A stretch of DNA of 63,990 nt, filler included, from Dirinaria sp. TL-2023a (Eukaryota), in NCBI GenBank assembly GCA_051941275.1. It is 5 parts of 5 records of this genome, joined end to end, with 100 filler letters (N's around TTAATTAATTAA, not from the genome) between each part and the next. Parts side by side here need not be neighbours in the genome. Positions count along the whole stretch, not along the records: positions 1 to 13,103 come from JAVEBF010000714.1; positions 13,204 to 26,300 come from JAVEBF010000715.1; 3 more parts are not named here. The stretch is one strand, 5' to 3'. Position 1 is the stretch's first letter. Each line of letters opens with the position of its first letter. The notes below the pieces were generated by a model that worked only from the letters and a program-made list of their open reading frames with translations, was not told the origin of the DNA and did not search any database. This document shows, one piece after another, positions 1 through 13,344 of the stretch. A program made the translations under genes and the position numbers.

Positions 1-3000
1 GATTTCGGTGCACCTTCGTCTGATGGTGTTTTGGGTACGTCAGACTCTAGACTTGGATGCGAAGGGCCAGTGGTGACACCATCGCCTTCAGTGTCCTCGT
101 CTTCGCTGGCGTCGAATCGTTTGACCTTCGCAGCAATCTCACCAAGAAGTCCAGTGGCTTGCTTCGTACTCATTTGAGGTCGCTTCATCTCAACGAGCCG
201 GGGTTTCTCGTATATAATAGCATCTTCTCCGTCGCCTGCCGCTTGAAACTTCATTTCCTCACTCGCAGCCAGAGCATCCGCGGCAGCTCGTCGTGGCCCT
301 TTGAACATCTTACTGCGAGCGGTAGCGAAGGACGAGCCGCTAAAGTTCCTCGGCCGGAAATCATCCCCTTGACCGTCCATCTGCTCTCGCAGCTCCCGAA
401 GTCTGTCAGATGGAGTGGTTTGCTGCCAAACCTTGCCTTCTAATTTGCATTGCGTCTTCGCACGCTCAAGCTGAGTCTCTAGTCGTGCCATGAGAGCCTC
501 ACGATCAAGGATGCCTTGCATCTTCTTCGGATCTGTGGTTGCGAGCGTTTCGGGAACGCCTTTTTTGGCCACTGCAGCAGCAAAATCCTGAGCATCTCGG
601 AGCATGAGGTACAATTCTCTCGTTTCTAGCTCGTTTCGCTGCATTTCTTGAGCCCGTATCCTTTGAAGGTCGGCCAGCTCAGCTTTCAAAGCTTCATTCT
701 GCCTTTGCTGAAGCTCGATGTGCGCTGCTTGCTCATCAATCTGCTTTTGCATCTTTGCTACTAGGCCATCTGCGCCCATGTCTATTCTCGCACGCATCTC
801 ATCACGCTCAGCCATTGCAGACTCAGCAATCTGTCTGGCCTCGACGGTGTCATCGAGGGCTTGACGAGCTTCTGAGTCTGTGTGTAATCTGTCCAGCAAG
901 CTCTGGACCGAGAAGTTGAGGCTCTGCTTGAGGTCCATATCCGGCAGTCGTCGATCCATCGCGACATAGCTAAGCATAGCATCGACAAGCTGGAACATGC
1001 GTAAGCGGTCCTCGCCATCGCTGTCTCGAATAAGGAGCATATGTTGCATAGCGGAAAGAAAATAGTCTTGCGCCCGGGTGCCCTGGACTTTCGACTGGAT
1101 TGCCTCTACAATTTGAGCTGGGTCGTGCATATCTGCGATCTCTGGTCCAATGCTGTCTCTCAAGCTGCTGTTTTCCCGCTGAAGAAGGTCTTCATAGTCA
1201 ATCGCCTCATTCTCGCGGTATCGGTCCACTTGCTTGTCTATGACTTCATACTGGAAACCTTCCATCTTGGTTAGAATCCTTTTGATGCCACACGAGGTAA
1301 ATTGCGCCCGGATATGGCATCGTAATTGGAGATCACGCTCTGGGGCATCGATTATCATGTTGAGTAGGAATAGCGAAGCCACAGCGTATTCCATGAGCAG
1401 GTTCTCCATTCCAATGCCTCCGCTGCGGACTTCTTCGCTGGCTCCAACCAAGCTCCCCATCTTGCCACGGCCATCAATGGTAACTTCAACGATCCGCATC
1501 CAAGCGTCGAATCGTCCATTCTCGCCCTGCTGTGCCTTGACATGATCCATGGCCTGGAGCACCTTCATGTGGCCCTCTCCTTCTGCCCAATGACATAGGA
1601 ACGTTAGCACTTCACTCACAAGCTTTCTGGTCGTCAAACGTGGTGAGATCAAGGAGGTTGCCAGAGCCACAATGACTTGCTGATGTAGAAGAGCATCGTC
1701 CGCGCCATATTTGTTGTTCATTAAAGCCTTGAGGCATTTCACAATGTCATATTCCCGATCGAGATCCTTGTCGCTTGTCGTGCCCGATGCAGGTGCTGGG
1801 CCTTGAACTTGTCGACGATTAATCTTTCCAAGGACATTTGTCAGGGCGACTTGTCCTTGGGCTTCGACAAAACATTTAACCCAGCTATCAAAAGTTAGCG
1901 AAGCCCTTTCAAAGCCCTTGTACTAGGTAATAGCCATCCAGTATCAAAACCGGGGTTCGGCACATGGCTGCATTTCTTCTTGCGAAGAGTGCCGCCAAGC
2001 CGTTGACTCATGACGACAGAGAACTGCGGTCCTCTCGACGCCCGCGCTTTCTGGTCATCTGTTCAAGAACCAAGTGATCGCTTGCAGACGGGGGAAGAAG
2101 CTTAAAGCTGTAGAGTTACGTGTACTGTAATTCCACGGAAGCGAAATACAAAATTAATCATAGAAGAATGCTAAACACGTACCTGATAGGTTGGGTCCTC
2201 AGACTGACACTCAAACTACCCAGCTGCTTCGGTGTGATTGAGTCGTTCATCACTCTTCTGACGTACCACTCCGGACTTCCCTCTTCGTCGGACCTTGCAA
2301 GTATCCCCGTCGAACCATCGTTGCTCAGTACCGTCTGTCGGGCGGTTTGTCTTCTCTTTTGCTCGCCTTGCCATTCCGTCAGCCTGTCATTGTGTACCAA
2401 CGTCCATTTCTTTGCTGCGGGATATGCCATCATCTGCCGCCTAGCTCCCTCGGGAAGATTGTGCCAGCCGCGTTTATGCATTAGATCGTTGAATTGTGCT
2501 TCTATTATTCGATCGTCAGATGGTCGTGGCAGGTTGAAACCCTCAGGATTGAAGGACGTGGTGGAGCTGAAGGCAGCGGGCTGCTGCGATTGCCAGCCGG
2601 GATGATTCGATTGCCGCCCCGATGTGCTTGGGCGCGCGTCGATGGCTGTCCGCGATGAGTTGTCGGAAGAGAAGATGCTGGAACCCCGCGTTGCTGAAGA
2701 AACGGAGGACATGACGCTGGCTTGATCGAAGGATTTCCTGTGACTAGAAGCGGTGTCGCCGGTCGAGAAGGAATTCACGGTACCGTGGTTGCCATTAACA
2801 ATGTTTGTAGCATCGCCGATTCCTGGGTGCTGAGTTGACCTCGAACCCTTGTCGCGCGATGGCAGAATATGAGAGAACGGCTTGTGAGCGTGAGGTGGAG
2901 GCCGAGGGCCTGTAGGCTGCGGTAAGCCATTTGCTGAGGGGGCCTGGGGATCCCATGCAGGATACTGGTGGTAGTCTGCTCCGCCTTTACCTAGCGAGTG

Positions 3001-3363
3001 TGGGGGGGGATCTCGTCGCGCCGGCATCCTGTCGTTCTTGGGCAGATAATCGACCGGTATGGGGGTTTGGCCGTCTGCCGCGGCGTCGTAGGGTATGGAC
3101 GTGATAACTCCTGCGGTCATGGAGAGGCCCGCGCTGTCTTCGCTGCTGCCGTGTTCCGGATCGCTGGGTCGTTTGTGTGAGTATCGAGATGAGCGCGAAC
3201 CATTGGTGCTGCTAGCGGCGCTCGGCACCTTAAGCACGGAGCCTCCGTCATCTTGCTCTTGATGATCCGGTGTCCGCTCTCTGTATAATTTCCTCCCAAA
3301 AAATGACCTTCCTCCTGATGATTGCCGGGATTTACTGTCTACCGGCGGGGTGGTCGAAGGCAT
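1..3363 (-). CDS. sepA: Formin (SepA/Bni1-like), 5' part with GBD/FH3 region; runs off the window start
   Basis: Exon 1 3363-2183 (FNLPRPSDDRIIEAQFNDLMHKRGWHNLPEGARRQMMAYPAAKKWTLVH...SLSVSLRTQPI), intron 2182-1885 (GTACGT...CTAAC...TAG), exon 2 continues SWVKCFVEAQGQVALTNVL...DREYDIVKCLKALMNNKYGADDAL, typical of fungal diaphanous-related formins. Confidence 0.93.
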
Positions 3364-4211
3364 TTCCCTGGATCAGTTCCCCTTTCCCGTGCTATGGACA
3401 GTGCCAACATCGGCGGTTTTAGCCTCAGACCCTGTTTGCAAAGGCCTTAGAAGCCACAAAACGAATTCCGATGATAGCAGAAGTTCAGTGTAAATCGTAG
3501 CCCAAAAAAATACCCATCGGGATGCGGAATAGTGGGCTTTGTAAATAGGCTGGTCGCGCCCGGTTGCGGGTTTCAGAGGTTATTCACATGGTGGAGGCAA
3601 AATGGCAGGACAAGGTAGAGTGGACTGGCCCAGTGATTACCAGAGTCTTCACTCTCCGGGTCTCAGAGTCTCTTCTGAAAGTACAGGGGGGAAGGGAAGA
3701 GGAAGGGAAACAATAGATAGAGTAATGTAATGTTGCTTTTCTGACGGCGACCACGATACTGTATTTGGAGGTTGACAGGGGTCCAATCAGCGCCCCCTTA
3801 GCAGGCGTGGCGTCAAAGAAGGGGAAAGGCCGAAAGAGACCAACGGAAGAGGCACGCGAACCCTCTTTGCGGTCAGCTGAAGATCAGCCCAGGCCACCAC
3901 TTCAGTCAGTACCTTCTTACCTAAGGTATGAGTCTCTGCACACACACCACACACACACACCACCTTTACCTCATCATCGCTCAATTAGGCCACTCTACCG
4001 ATTCAAACTGCACTCAATTCCCGATCAAAAGCAATTCCTAATTTCATTCACATTATTTGCTCCTTACAATGATGACGTGATGCGCGACATTTCCTTCCTT
4101 TATTCAATCCACCTGTCCAGTATTTGTTGGCTGTACTGATAAAATCCCCCATTCTCCCTCACTACTCAGCTCCCTCCAGCCCCCATCATCCTACTCAGTC
4201 TTTCGTAAGCA

Positions 4212-4715
4212 ATGGCCGCAGGGGGCTCCAGCATCTGGGAAGTTCGTGAAAATTTTTTCCACATCCCTTAACGAAACGCACAGAAAAGACAAGACTTACA
4301 GCCTGTGCTACAGGGTCTCCTTTTACCTCCCTTCTTCGCCCTCCTCCTCTACCTCCTCATCTCCTATCTCCTCCTGCCCCTCCTGACTCGTTGGCGCTCT
4401 CGTCAGCGCACCACACAGCGCTCCTTGACCCGCTCCGTCATCGATCGCCTTCCCTCCTCCGTGACCGATCGTGTTGCCTCCTTTTTTCCATACCGACGCC
4501 AGAGTACCTCTTCAGGTGGCTCGCTGCTGGGCGACGAAGAGTTGGAAGAAGGGTTATTGGATGTTGATAGCGAGATTCACGGGCAGAGGGGAGGACGTCG
4601 TGAGGAAGCAGAGGAGGAGGGACGGCTGAGCAGAGATCTGGAAGGCGGCTTTCGGGATGAGAGCAGCGATGAGGAGGAGGACGAAGGGCGCAGAGGCAGG
4701 TTGGAACGTGGATGA
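4212..4715 (+). CDS. Small single-pass membrane protein, fungal hypothetical
   Basis: ATG 4212, phase-0 intron 4242-4301 (GTTCGT...TACAG), hydrophobic segment LLLPPFFALLLYLLISYLLLPLL, basic stretch, acidic tail with SRDLEGGFRDESSDEE. Confidence 0.7.
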
Positions 4716-5676
4716 AAGTGATTTTTTTTTCAAGCAAGACATCATTGAACATGACAAGAACCCTGTGAGTGGCAGTCCACCTTGGGCGATGCTACGTCAA
4801 GCGCGCCAAGCCGCATGTGATCAGCCATGGAGGGTGTAGGAGAAGAAAATTGAGTTGGCAGCAGGACCTGAAGAGAGCTGTAATGCCCACGCCATACTTT
4901 TTCTCGGAAGCGGAACATAGATCGGTCTTCTTCGGCTTCCCTTGTTCGAGACGAACGAAAGACCATCACCCCATGACAACTTGGTACTGGGCGGGCGTTC
5001 GTCATTCGATCCGAGACTTGCCCGCCACGAGGCTCGCAAAACTATCAAAGGCATCTGGAAAGGATTCGCGGCGTATGATGTCCCAGGCTGAACACGAAAA
5101 TATCTTCCGCATCAGAAAATCACTCTACAAAAACAACCTGACCCTACTAAAACGTTGACTGCATTCTCTGTTCCTATGTAGTGGAAGGGAGGGCGGGCGT
5201 TGTCAATGTGCACTACAAACTGGCGGATGGGGATACCCTTTGATTATTGTGGAATTGATTAGATCACCAAGGGCTTGAAGGATCAAAGCAAAGCGATGGT
5301 GGAGTTGTTTTTAGACAGATTAACCTCAACAAGGCGAGTGAGAGTAAGTAGCTAATCTCAATAACTCGGTTGGTGCAGCCCAGCGCAAACCCTCTGGGAC
5401 TTCAATATGTTCTTTTTGTGCGAGCTTCTTATGGACCAGCGACATTAAGTACAGGAGTATTAGTGCTTATCAAGGTGGGAGATCGGCGCAACCGATCCAT
5501 CCCACCGCATTGTCTCTTGGACGATTTGGGATACTGACATGCTAGCGTGACGAAGCGTAAGCGGCATATGAGAAAATCATAGAAGCAAGAAGGGTATCGA
5601 CAGTCTGATCCAGCAACATGAAGCCGATGTTGCCATGTAAGCCGTTACCCATGACGGGTTCAGCCTTTTAGTGGCA

Positions 5677-6708
5677 TTATAGCATGGCGAGTGCAGCCAT
5701 TCCGGCGACGCCCATCCATCCGGCAGCGGCGGCAACAACAGTGGGAGCGGCACCAGTCGGACTAGAGCTAGGAGGAGCAGCACCGCCGCCTGTAGTGGTA
5801 GCTCCACCACTGCCAGAGCCTGCAGACTAAAGAAATGTAAGTAAGTTGCAGATACTGCGAGGTGGGTGGACATGGACTTACAGTGGACCTTGCGCCTCCA
5901 GAGCCGGTGGACTAAAGGAATGTGAGTACATCGCAAAGGTCGGCGGGCTGGGCTGACGGGGACTTACAGTTGAGCTGCCGCTCTGAGACGACCCACCACT
6001 GCCACCAGAGGTGCTGTTACCCGAGGATGTGCTGTTGCCGCCGGAGGTCGTGCCGTTGCCGCCAGAGGTGGTACTGTTGGAACCGCCAACACCGCCAGCC
6101 GATGTGGAGTTGCTACCCGAACCTGTCCCGGCACCGGAAGTGGAGTTTCCAGAGCTCGATCCTGCTCCAGCACCAGAGGTAGAGTTCCCAGAAGATGGGG
6201 TGCCTGTTGAGCCACCTCCCACCACGCCAAGGGTGCTGGTTGTGCTGCTGCCAGTGGCTACAACGACAGTCTTGGAGCCCGAGCCTGTGCTCGTTGCAGT
6301 AACGGTTGTAGCGCTACCAGAACCACTCAGAGCTAGAGTATGTGAGCCAGATCGATGACCAAGACAAGGATATCTAGTATCACATACCTTGTTGGCAGAA
6401 GGTATTCCCCACATTGATGATCTGCGGGGCGTATTGCGCGCAACCTTCAGACTCAACGGCACAGTCGTGGATGCCATTGTGGTAGTCAGCTTTGGAGCAC
6501 AAGCACTTGTAGTCCGTATTAGAGCAGCCGTTGACTTTGCTCAATACGCTCGTGACACAGTATTTCTTATACACATCAGCAAGCTTATGCGCCAACAGAG
6601 GCCATTGGGACATACTCCGCAGTCTGGCAGAGCCTTAATCGCAGCATCGAGGTTTTGCGCGACGGTAGCGCCGGCGAAAAGCGCGGCGGTGACCACAAAG
6701 GCCTTCAT
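5677..6708 (-). CDS. Secreted CFEM-domain, Ser/Thr/Gly-rich, probably GPI-anchored cell-surface protein
   Basis: Signal peptide MKAFVVTAALFAGATVA; 8-Cys CFEM (LPDCG|KYCV...GCSNTDYKCLCSK...HDCAVESEGC...TFCQQ); stalk with repeated GNSTS; hydrophobic C-terminus AAAAGWMGVAGMAALAML*; four introns. Confidence 0.9.
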
Positions 6709-6900
6709 TGTGGATCTGGTTCTGGTTATTGTGATGTAAGGGAGAAAATACAGACGAATCCAATTCAGAGTGGTTAGGCTGCAGATGGAAGAAGCTTGAT
6801 GAGAATGGTGAATGCTTGGTAAAGGGGAAGGTGACGAAGGTCTGGAGGTGAAAGTAGTGAGGTTGGGGAAGAGATGCTGTTTCTGAGGTGGGAAGCTAAA

Positions 6901-6940
6901 AGTAAGGTAAGGGAAGGTAAGGTAGGGTAAAGGGAAGGTA
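6901..6940. repeat. Imperfect (AAGGT)-type pentanucleotide tract upstream of the CFEM gene
   Basis: AGTAAGGTAAGGGAAGGTAAGGTAGGGTAAAGGGAAGGTA; related TACCT/AGGTA tracts near 18265, 36545 and 52847. Confidence 0.7.
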
Positions 6941-8285
6941 CAAGCCAGGATCGCGCCGTGGAGATTTCGTACCTGGCGACAGCGCAAATGATGGGCATTC
7001 ACCAGTCACCATTTATTTAGGGCACACACCAAAAGAAGGTGCTACCAGCAAATTTACTTCAATTTCCGACCAATCACTTCATGGCAATGAGGGAAACTGG
7101 ATGCACGATTGCCGTCCTGGTCGTCAACTTGGCGCTGTCAATCACCAATCATTTCATCTATTCCTAGACTTCAGACGACGGGTCAAGCAGGTTTTTACCT
7201 TTCTGCTTTACGTCAAGCAAGCGCTCCCTCCACATTCAAACAGAACAAACTTTTCGGTAGTAGGCAAATTAGCTGCAGTCTAGCGCAGCTTCTAAGAGAT
7301 CGGGTTCCTGGAATCACACCCACAAGGGACCGCGGGTCACCGGCTTCCTTCCGAGGTGGAGGGTCGGTCGCCAACGGTGCAAAACAAGACTAGAAGGAAG
7401 CCTATCAGCGTCGCCTCAAACGGTCATGGAAAAGAGGGAAAAAGAAAAAAAGAAAAGAAAAAAACCAAAAAATCCGAGTCCAGCGCACGGGTGAAGATCA
7501 TGGCGCGGGCAAAGGGTCAATTGAAACTGCATGTGGAGCATTTGGCGGCAAAAACGGGCGGATCGCATCGAATCCTGCAACGCATTCTCTGTGGCCTGTG
7601 GCGTCGAGATCCTCAGCACACTGTCCAGGAATCTAAGGTTGCTGGTTGCACTGGCTGTTCGGTCCGACTCGCTCATATATCGTGGCGAAGAACACGACTT
7701 CCATAGCCCGCATACTTGTTCGTCCCACTACTACTACCCTGCACAGCTGAACTTCTTCGTGGGGAACGGAGATCTCCGGCTCGACATGCAGCACTCTCGG
7801 ACAAAGGGTTACTTCTGGGTAGGTCGTGCCGGTTCCAGATAGTCTACAAAGGCAAATGTAGACTTGGTCACCGGCGGTCCGAAGGATTGTGCATTCATCG
7901 GCAGATCAGGGTCCAGGGACCATGCTTGCTTTGCGCCAAATAGCTTTCGCAAGTCCTGGTCATGCTAACCAAAGGACATATATCGTTTTGTACGACTATA
8001 ATGAGGGTACATTGAGCCGTCACAGTGAACCTCCAGCTAGAATTTCGGACTGAAGATATAGAAACACATATTTTGGTGCTCCGAATATGTAGATTACGTC
8101 TACGATGGCAATCAGATTACCCTGGGGTTTCTCTAGCATACAGATAGTGACAATCGGGCAGCGGTCGAAAGCTCTTAGAATTAGGAGGGCAAAGGTAGAT
8201 TGTGGGAATCGGAGGTTTGAAATAGTGATTTGTTTGATGCAGTCGCTACTCCTTTCATTAGGAGAAACAATAGCATTACCAGACC

Positions 8286-9346
8286 TCATCGAGCTAGCGC
8301 AGCCTCTCGCAATGGCTCCCGATCAACGTCTTCATATTCAATCTCCACACGCGCTCCCTTCTTTGCCCGCTTTGGTGGAGGCACCTGTCCACCTTTCCGT
8401 TTCACTCCAGCATCAGGTTTCAGGGTCGTGAAATCTTCTTCGTCAACCTCTTCACTGCCTCCGCTACCTTCATCCTCATCAGTGCCTTCTCCTTCGTCAT
8501 CACTGTCGCCCCCTAACCATTCTTCTAGATCGCCCGCATCCTCATCTTCACTTCCCTCCAGGTCACTGACATATTCCACATTTGCCTCCCCCTCTTTTTC
8601 CATCTCGTACTCCTCCTCATCCTCCTCAATGCCCTCATCCTGGTCCTCGTCCCGCTCCGCCTCGCCTTGCCTTTCCAAGCCTCTCAACACCTTCTTCCAT
8701 ATTCCCTCTTCCACGTTCAGCGGTCGATCTCCATACGCGCCACTTCTGAGTCTTTCGATGAGCTCTCTCTCAATCGCCCTCTCGACTTTAGCTGCGGCCT
8801 CTGCCTTTCTTTCTCGAGTCTCTTCCCGTCTTCGTATCTTCGGCGCCAGCTTCGGCACGGTCCGTTCGCCCAGCCTCTCATCCTCCTTTGCTAGCCTCCT
8901 GGTCCGTATAGCCACTTGTGTCAATCTCGTAAGCCTTTGTTTGCACTTGTGAATCAAGAATTTCGGCCAATATATCAATCGCTCATCGATCTGTTGCAGC
9001 GCCTTTGCGTAATTGGGTGACAGTTTGATGCGTTCCCAGAGCTTTGAGGGCATGTGCGCTCGCTCGATGGTTTTCATATAAAGGTAAAGGACCCCGGTTT
9101 CAGGGTTGGGGCGGATGGTGGCGTAACGGGAGTTGGCGAGAGGGCAGGATTGGCGATTGCAGAGGCCTGTGACATTATGCTCGTTGCGGCAGAAGTTCTG
9201 CTGTTTGGAAGTCCTGCGGGTGGGAGACGATCAGCACAATGATTTATTTTGGCAGGTTATAGAAGGACTAAGTGAGAAGCGCACTTGAGCTTGAAGGAGC
9301 AGAATTGCTGATTTATGACCTGCCAGACAATCTCATCGGAAGCCAT
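8286..9346 (-). CDS. MAK16: Mak16, 60S ribosome biogenesis factor
   Basis: MASDEIVWQVINQQFCSFKLK | intron 9284-9214 | TSKQQNFCRNEHNVTGLCNRQSCPLANSRYAT...YLYMKTIERAHMPSKLWERIKLS; acidic C-terminus ending VEIEYE motif. Confidence 0.96.
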
Positions 9347-10191
9347 AATGGGATTAAATGCTCCGTGTCTAGTGAGGAATTTCAATTAGCTTGGCGACTG
9401 CTTGCAGAACCGAAAAAAAATCCATCAGATTTCATGATCTGCTCTTTCGGCGTATTCAAAAGTTATGTCACTAAGCGAGCAGGCTAGCCGTTTTTGTGAA
9501 GCTTGGCAATCCTTGGCAAAAATTTCGACAACGATGTCTAAAACCTCAGTTCGGTTACTGCTGTCGGATCAGGATCAACCTCAACCCGAAACAAATAAAA
9601 TCAGTTCAGTCTCAGGCTGTGACTAAGGTATTTCATTTGGTCCCCCAAAATTGCTTTTACATTCACTGAATTACTTATTAGTGTTGGGTCTGAAATCGAT
9701 GCCAAGTCTGAGATCAAATTGATTTCGAATCTCAATTTGACAGCGAAGTATGTAAATGCTTTGAAAATACGACCAAACAAGTCCTCCTTCTATTTCCTGA
9801 ATGCCAGGTAGCTCTTGATAACATTGTATCTTAAACCAGTATGTATAAGCACACAAACATGGGGCTTTGCAGCTTTCTTACTTCTTGATATCATTCTGCG
9901 AGCCACTCTTGTCAATCTCATCTCATTTGTCGCTGTACCTTCTTATAAACTTAATTATGTTATGCCTGTACGGTACACGGACCCTTGAAGATTTGAAGAT
10001 TTGAAAAGACCCACCTCGAAGTAGATCATAGCTTATGCTAATCTAATTGAGGTTTCCAGGACTCCTGTTGCGCTTCTCAAATGCTCCTCCTACTTGTGAA
10101 CCCACTGATTGGCCGGCCCATCATTGCAATTTTAGATATTTGACAGGCACAAGTCGCATATGGGAAGCCGCGGCGTGGGATGCAACATGGA

Positions 10192-12119
10192 ATGCGGGCT
10201 TTGAGAAGAACTGCGCGGAGTTCTGCATCCCTGCGGTTCCCAATACTAGATCAGCCATTCAGCTTGACCTCATCTGCATACAATGCCTTCACAAGCCTCA
10301 ACCAGCGCAACGCCACCTCTTTACTCAAAGCCTGGAAGCCAGCACTGCCAAGGCTCAATACGTTGCAAAGGCGATTCAGCACCGTGGGCCAAGATGATGC
10401 GACGATTTATGCGCTCTCTACCGCCCCTGGAACAGCCGCTATCGCTATCATCAGGATATCGGGCAGAGCTTGCATCAGTGTAATGACAATGTTAGTGAAA
10501 TAAACCACCCTTATACTGACTCTCAGTAGATATATCATGCTCTGTGTCCCGGTACAGATTTCCTAAAGCCTCGCTATGCTACACTGCGAACACTCTATGA
10601 TCCCGAGGAACGGTCACAGAAACTCGACGCAAACAGTCTGGTTATATTCTTTCCATCGCCACATACAGCAACGGGTGAAGATGTGCTTGAGCTTCACGTG
10701 CACGGTGGAAACGCCGTAGTGAAGGCTGTCTTGGGCGCTATTCCCCGGACTGTTCGTTCGAAAGAGAAGCCTATTCGCTATGCTGAACCTGGAGAGTTCA
10801 CCCGCCGAGCGTTCTATAATCAGCGGCTGGACCTCACTGAAGTCGAGGCTCTTGGGGACGCTCTGAGTGCTGAAACCGAGCAACAGCGTCGACTAGCCAT
10901 CAGTGGAGCTTCGAATGTACCTGCGGAGCGTTACATGGAATGGAGACAGAAGTTACTTTATGCGCGAGGCGAGCTTGAAGCTCTTATAGACTTTTCTGAG
11001 GATCAGCAGTTTGACGAAACCCCAGAGATACTTTTCAAATCTGTAGTTGAACAGACTAGTCAGCTCAAAAGACTCCTGGACACGAGTGTCAAGAACGCTT
11101 TTCGTGGAGAGCTGTTGAGGAACGGGTTGAACATTGCCCTAGTTGGAGCTCCAAATGCAGGTAAGAGCTCCTTGCTGAATCGCATTGTCAAGAGAGAGGC
11201 AGCCATTGTCAGCGGAGAAGCAGGGACTACGAGGGATGTGATCGATGTTGGTGTCGATATTGGCGGCTACTACTGCAAATTTGGCGACCTTGCTGGTCTC
11301 CGAAGTACGCAGTCAGATGAAGGGTCCCCTGGGATTGGAGATATCGAGTTAGAAGGTATGCGTAGAGCCAAGCAGCGCGCACTGCACGCCGATGTCGTTA
11401 TCATTGTTTTGTCGATCGAGCCTCAGGCCATGGGTTCAAAGAGCTTGCATGGGATACAGATCAACCCTGAAGTCTCCGAGACGCTTCGGAGAATCGACGC
11501 TACCAGGCAAGAGATTCTCTACGTGGTCAACAAAGCGGATTTAATAGTAGAGGAGAAGGAACGGAAGTCCATTTTAAACGAGCTGAAATGTCTTCTTGAT
11601 ACCAAAAGCTATCCAGTATCACCGCAACCGTGTTTGATGGTATCGTGCATTAGTCAGATGACACCAGCTTCAGAGACTTCTGATAGCGACGGAATACGAG
11701 CACTCCTTCATACCTTGATCAAGACCTTCGAGTCAAAAACCTCAGTCGTAGTACCACAAGACGCGGCATCAAAAAGACTTTCTGTAGGACGGGACATGTG
11801 GGCTGAGTCCCTCGGAGCAAGCGAGCGCCACCGCCTCTTACTACAACAATGCGTCTCACATCTGGAGTCCTTCCTGGAAGGCGCATCTAATACACTTTCA
11901 GAGCCATCATTAGGTTCACAAGAAGCAGAGACCGATGTGGTAGTTGCAGCCGAGGAGCTGCGGCACGCTGCAGATTGCCTGGCCAGAATCACCGGAAAGG
12001 GGGAGGCAGGCGGTGTGGAGGAGGTTTTGGGTGTCGTTTTCGAGAAGTAGATCTTTTGCAACCTACTGATTATCAGACGATTCGTGCTAATACTTGACAG
12101 GTTCTGTGTGGGCAAGTGA
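10192..12119 (+). CDS. MSS1: Mitochondrial tRNA-modification GTPase (MnmE/TrmE family)
   Basis: Presequence-like N-terminus, TIYALSTAPGTAAIAIIRISG, ELHVHGG, AEPGEFTRRAF, G1 GAPNAGKSSLLN, GTTRD, DLAG, NKAD; last intron then FCVGK* (TGA 12117-12119). Start could be 10180. Confidence 0.95.
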
Positions 12120-13103
12120 TATAGCATCATTCAAAACCTTTCCATAATATTAAAGCCTCGGCCTTGGCTCCCCAGAGCCACTCTCAACCCTTCGCAAATG
12201 CTCAGAACAATATTTCAACGCCCGATAATTTCACACTGCGAGCGCCCATCGATACGCAAGATACTGAATCAGAACCGAACAGTGAGGCCTTCTTTCCACT
12301 CACTCACTATTTCAGCTTTTGCCACCCTCCTTCTCAGCGCTTGAACGATTTAGAAACTGATCTGGAAACGAAGAAGAAGATTCCATTTTCCTAAAGCCGG
12401 ATGGTGACCTATTTTCCTATTCTTCATCTTACTAATTGTAAATCAATGTCAGAGATTCCCCTTTTGGCTCGTTGATGGCCAGTGGTCGCTTTGGATCACA
12501 TGCTAGGATACGGATGGCAACAGCATTAGCTGCAGCAGTTGGCGAAAGTGCTGAAGCAAAGAGAAGAGATGGCGGTTTGGTACCTAGCGGAGGGAAGCGA
12601 TAAAGCTTCATAGGTTCCAGATCTCAGATCAATGTTCTTGTGTCTAGAATATGTGGAAACCACTTTATCCACTGTTCGTCTCTGTATCACACGCGCTCCT
12701 TGTTCATGCAAGCAAAAGGACCCTTCAAATCAATCAAGAAATGCGGATACTGGAAAAGGCGAGCGAACCCTACTAAACCTGCAAATCGTAAATACAACAA
12801 ACAATCTGATCCATCTCCAAGAATTGGTCAATTCCGTCCCCTTCAAGGCGATAGATATCCTGATTCAAAAATTTCCATTAATAATCACCACAATTCACAC
12901 GCCCTCTTACCTCCCTCCTCGTAAAAATATCTTTCCCTCAAATTCTCCCTCCGTTGTCTTCAAAAGTCGTAAAATAGGATTTTTCATGAGCACATTCATT
13001 ACCTACCTTAGTCCCTCGAACCAACCTAACAAAGGGTCCCCCCCCCCCAACCCTCCCTCTAGCGCGCCAACCGCGCTAGGCGCAACCCCACTGAGTACTC
13101 GTA

Positions 13104-13203
13104 NNNNNNNNNNNNNNNNNNNNNNNNNNNNNNNNNNNNNNNNNNNNTTAATTAATTAANNNNNNNNNNNNNNNNNNNNNNNNNNNNNNNNNNNNNNNNN
13201 NNN
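13104..13203. other. Artificial contig-joining spacer (N44-TTAATTAATTAA-N44)
   Basis: Exactly 100 nt; the 12-mer places stop codons in all six frames; identical at four places. Confidence 0.97.
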
Positions 13204-13344
13204 CCCCCTTCCTCCACCTCCACCTCTATGGAGACGGACATGGAAACCCTTACATCGGGGCTATCGGCTCTGAAGTTCGTGCCTCCAAGTGTCCGGTTTG
13301 GACGCGGTGGTGGCCGACGAAGAGGCGGGCTAAGTCGGACCTGA
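13204..13344 (+). CDS. 3' end of a gene cut by the contig edge; C-terminus resembles fungal ZNF511-like C2H2 proteins
   Basis: Open frame from contig start: PPSSTSTSMETDMETLTSGLSALKFVPPSVRFGRGGGRRRGGLSRT*, then AT-rich 3' UTR-like DNA. Family call from recalled VPxSxxFGxG tail only. Confidence 0.55.
   Translation, partial: PPSSTSTSMETDMETLTSGLSALKFVPPSVRFGRGGGRRRGGLSRT

Noticed and set aside
8230..8952. 240-aa Ser-rich plus-strand ORF, and similar antisense ORFs over NOP14, sepA and the CFEM gene
   Set aside because: Antisense shadows of real acidic or low-complexity coding regions.
9875..9925. Minus-strand peptide IDKSGSQNDIKK followed by GTAAG, reminiscent of a J-domain start
   Set aside because: No HPD motif or downstream exon found; probably chance.
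13148..13159. TTAATTAATTAA recurring four times as a possible repeat or target site
   Set aside because: Always centred in N-runs; it is an assembly linker.
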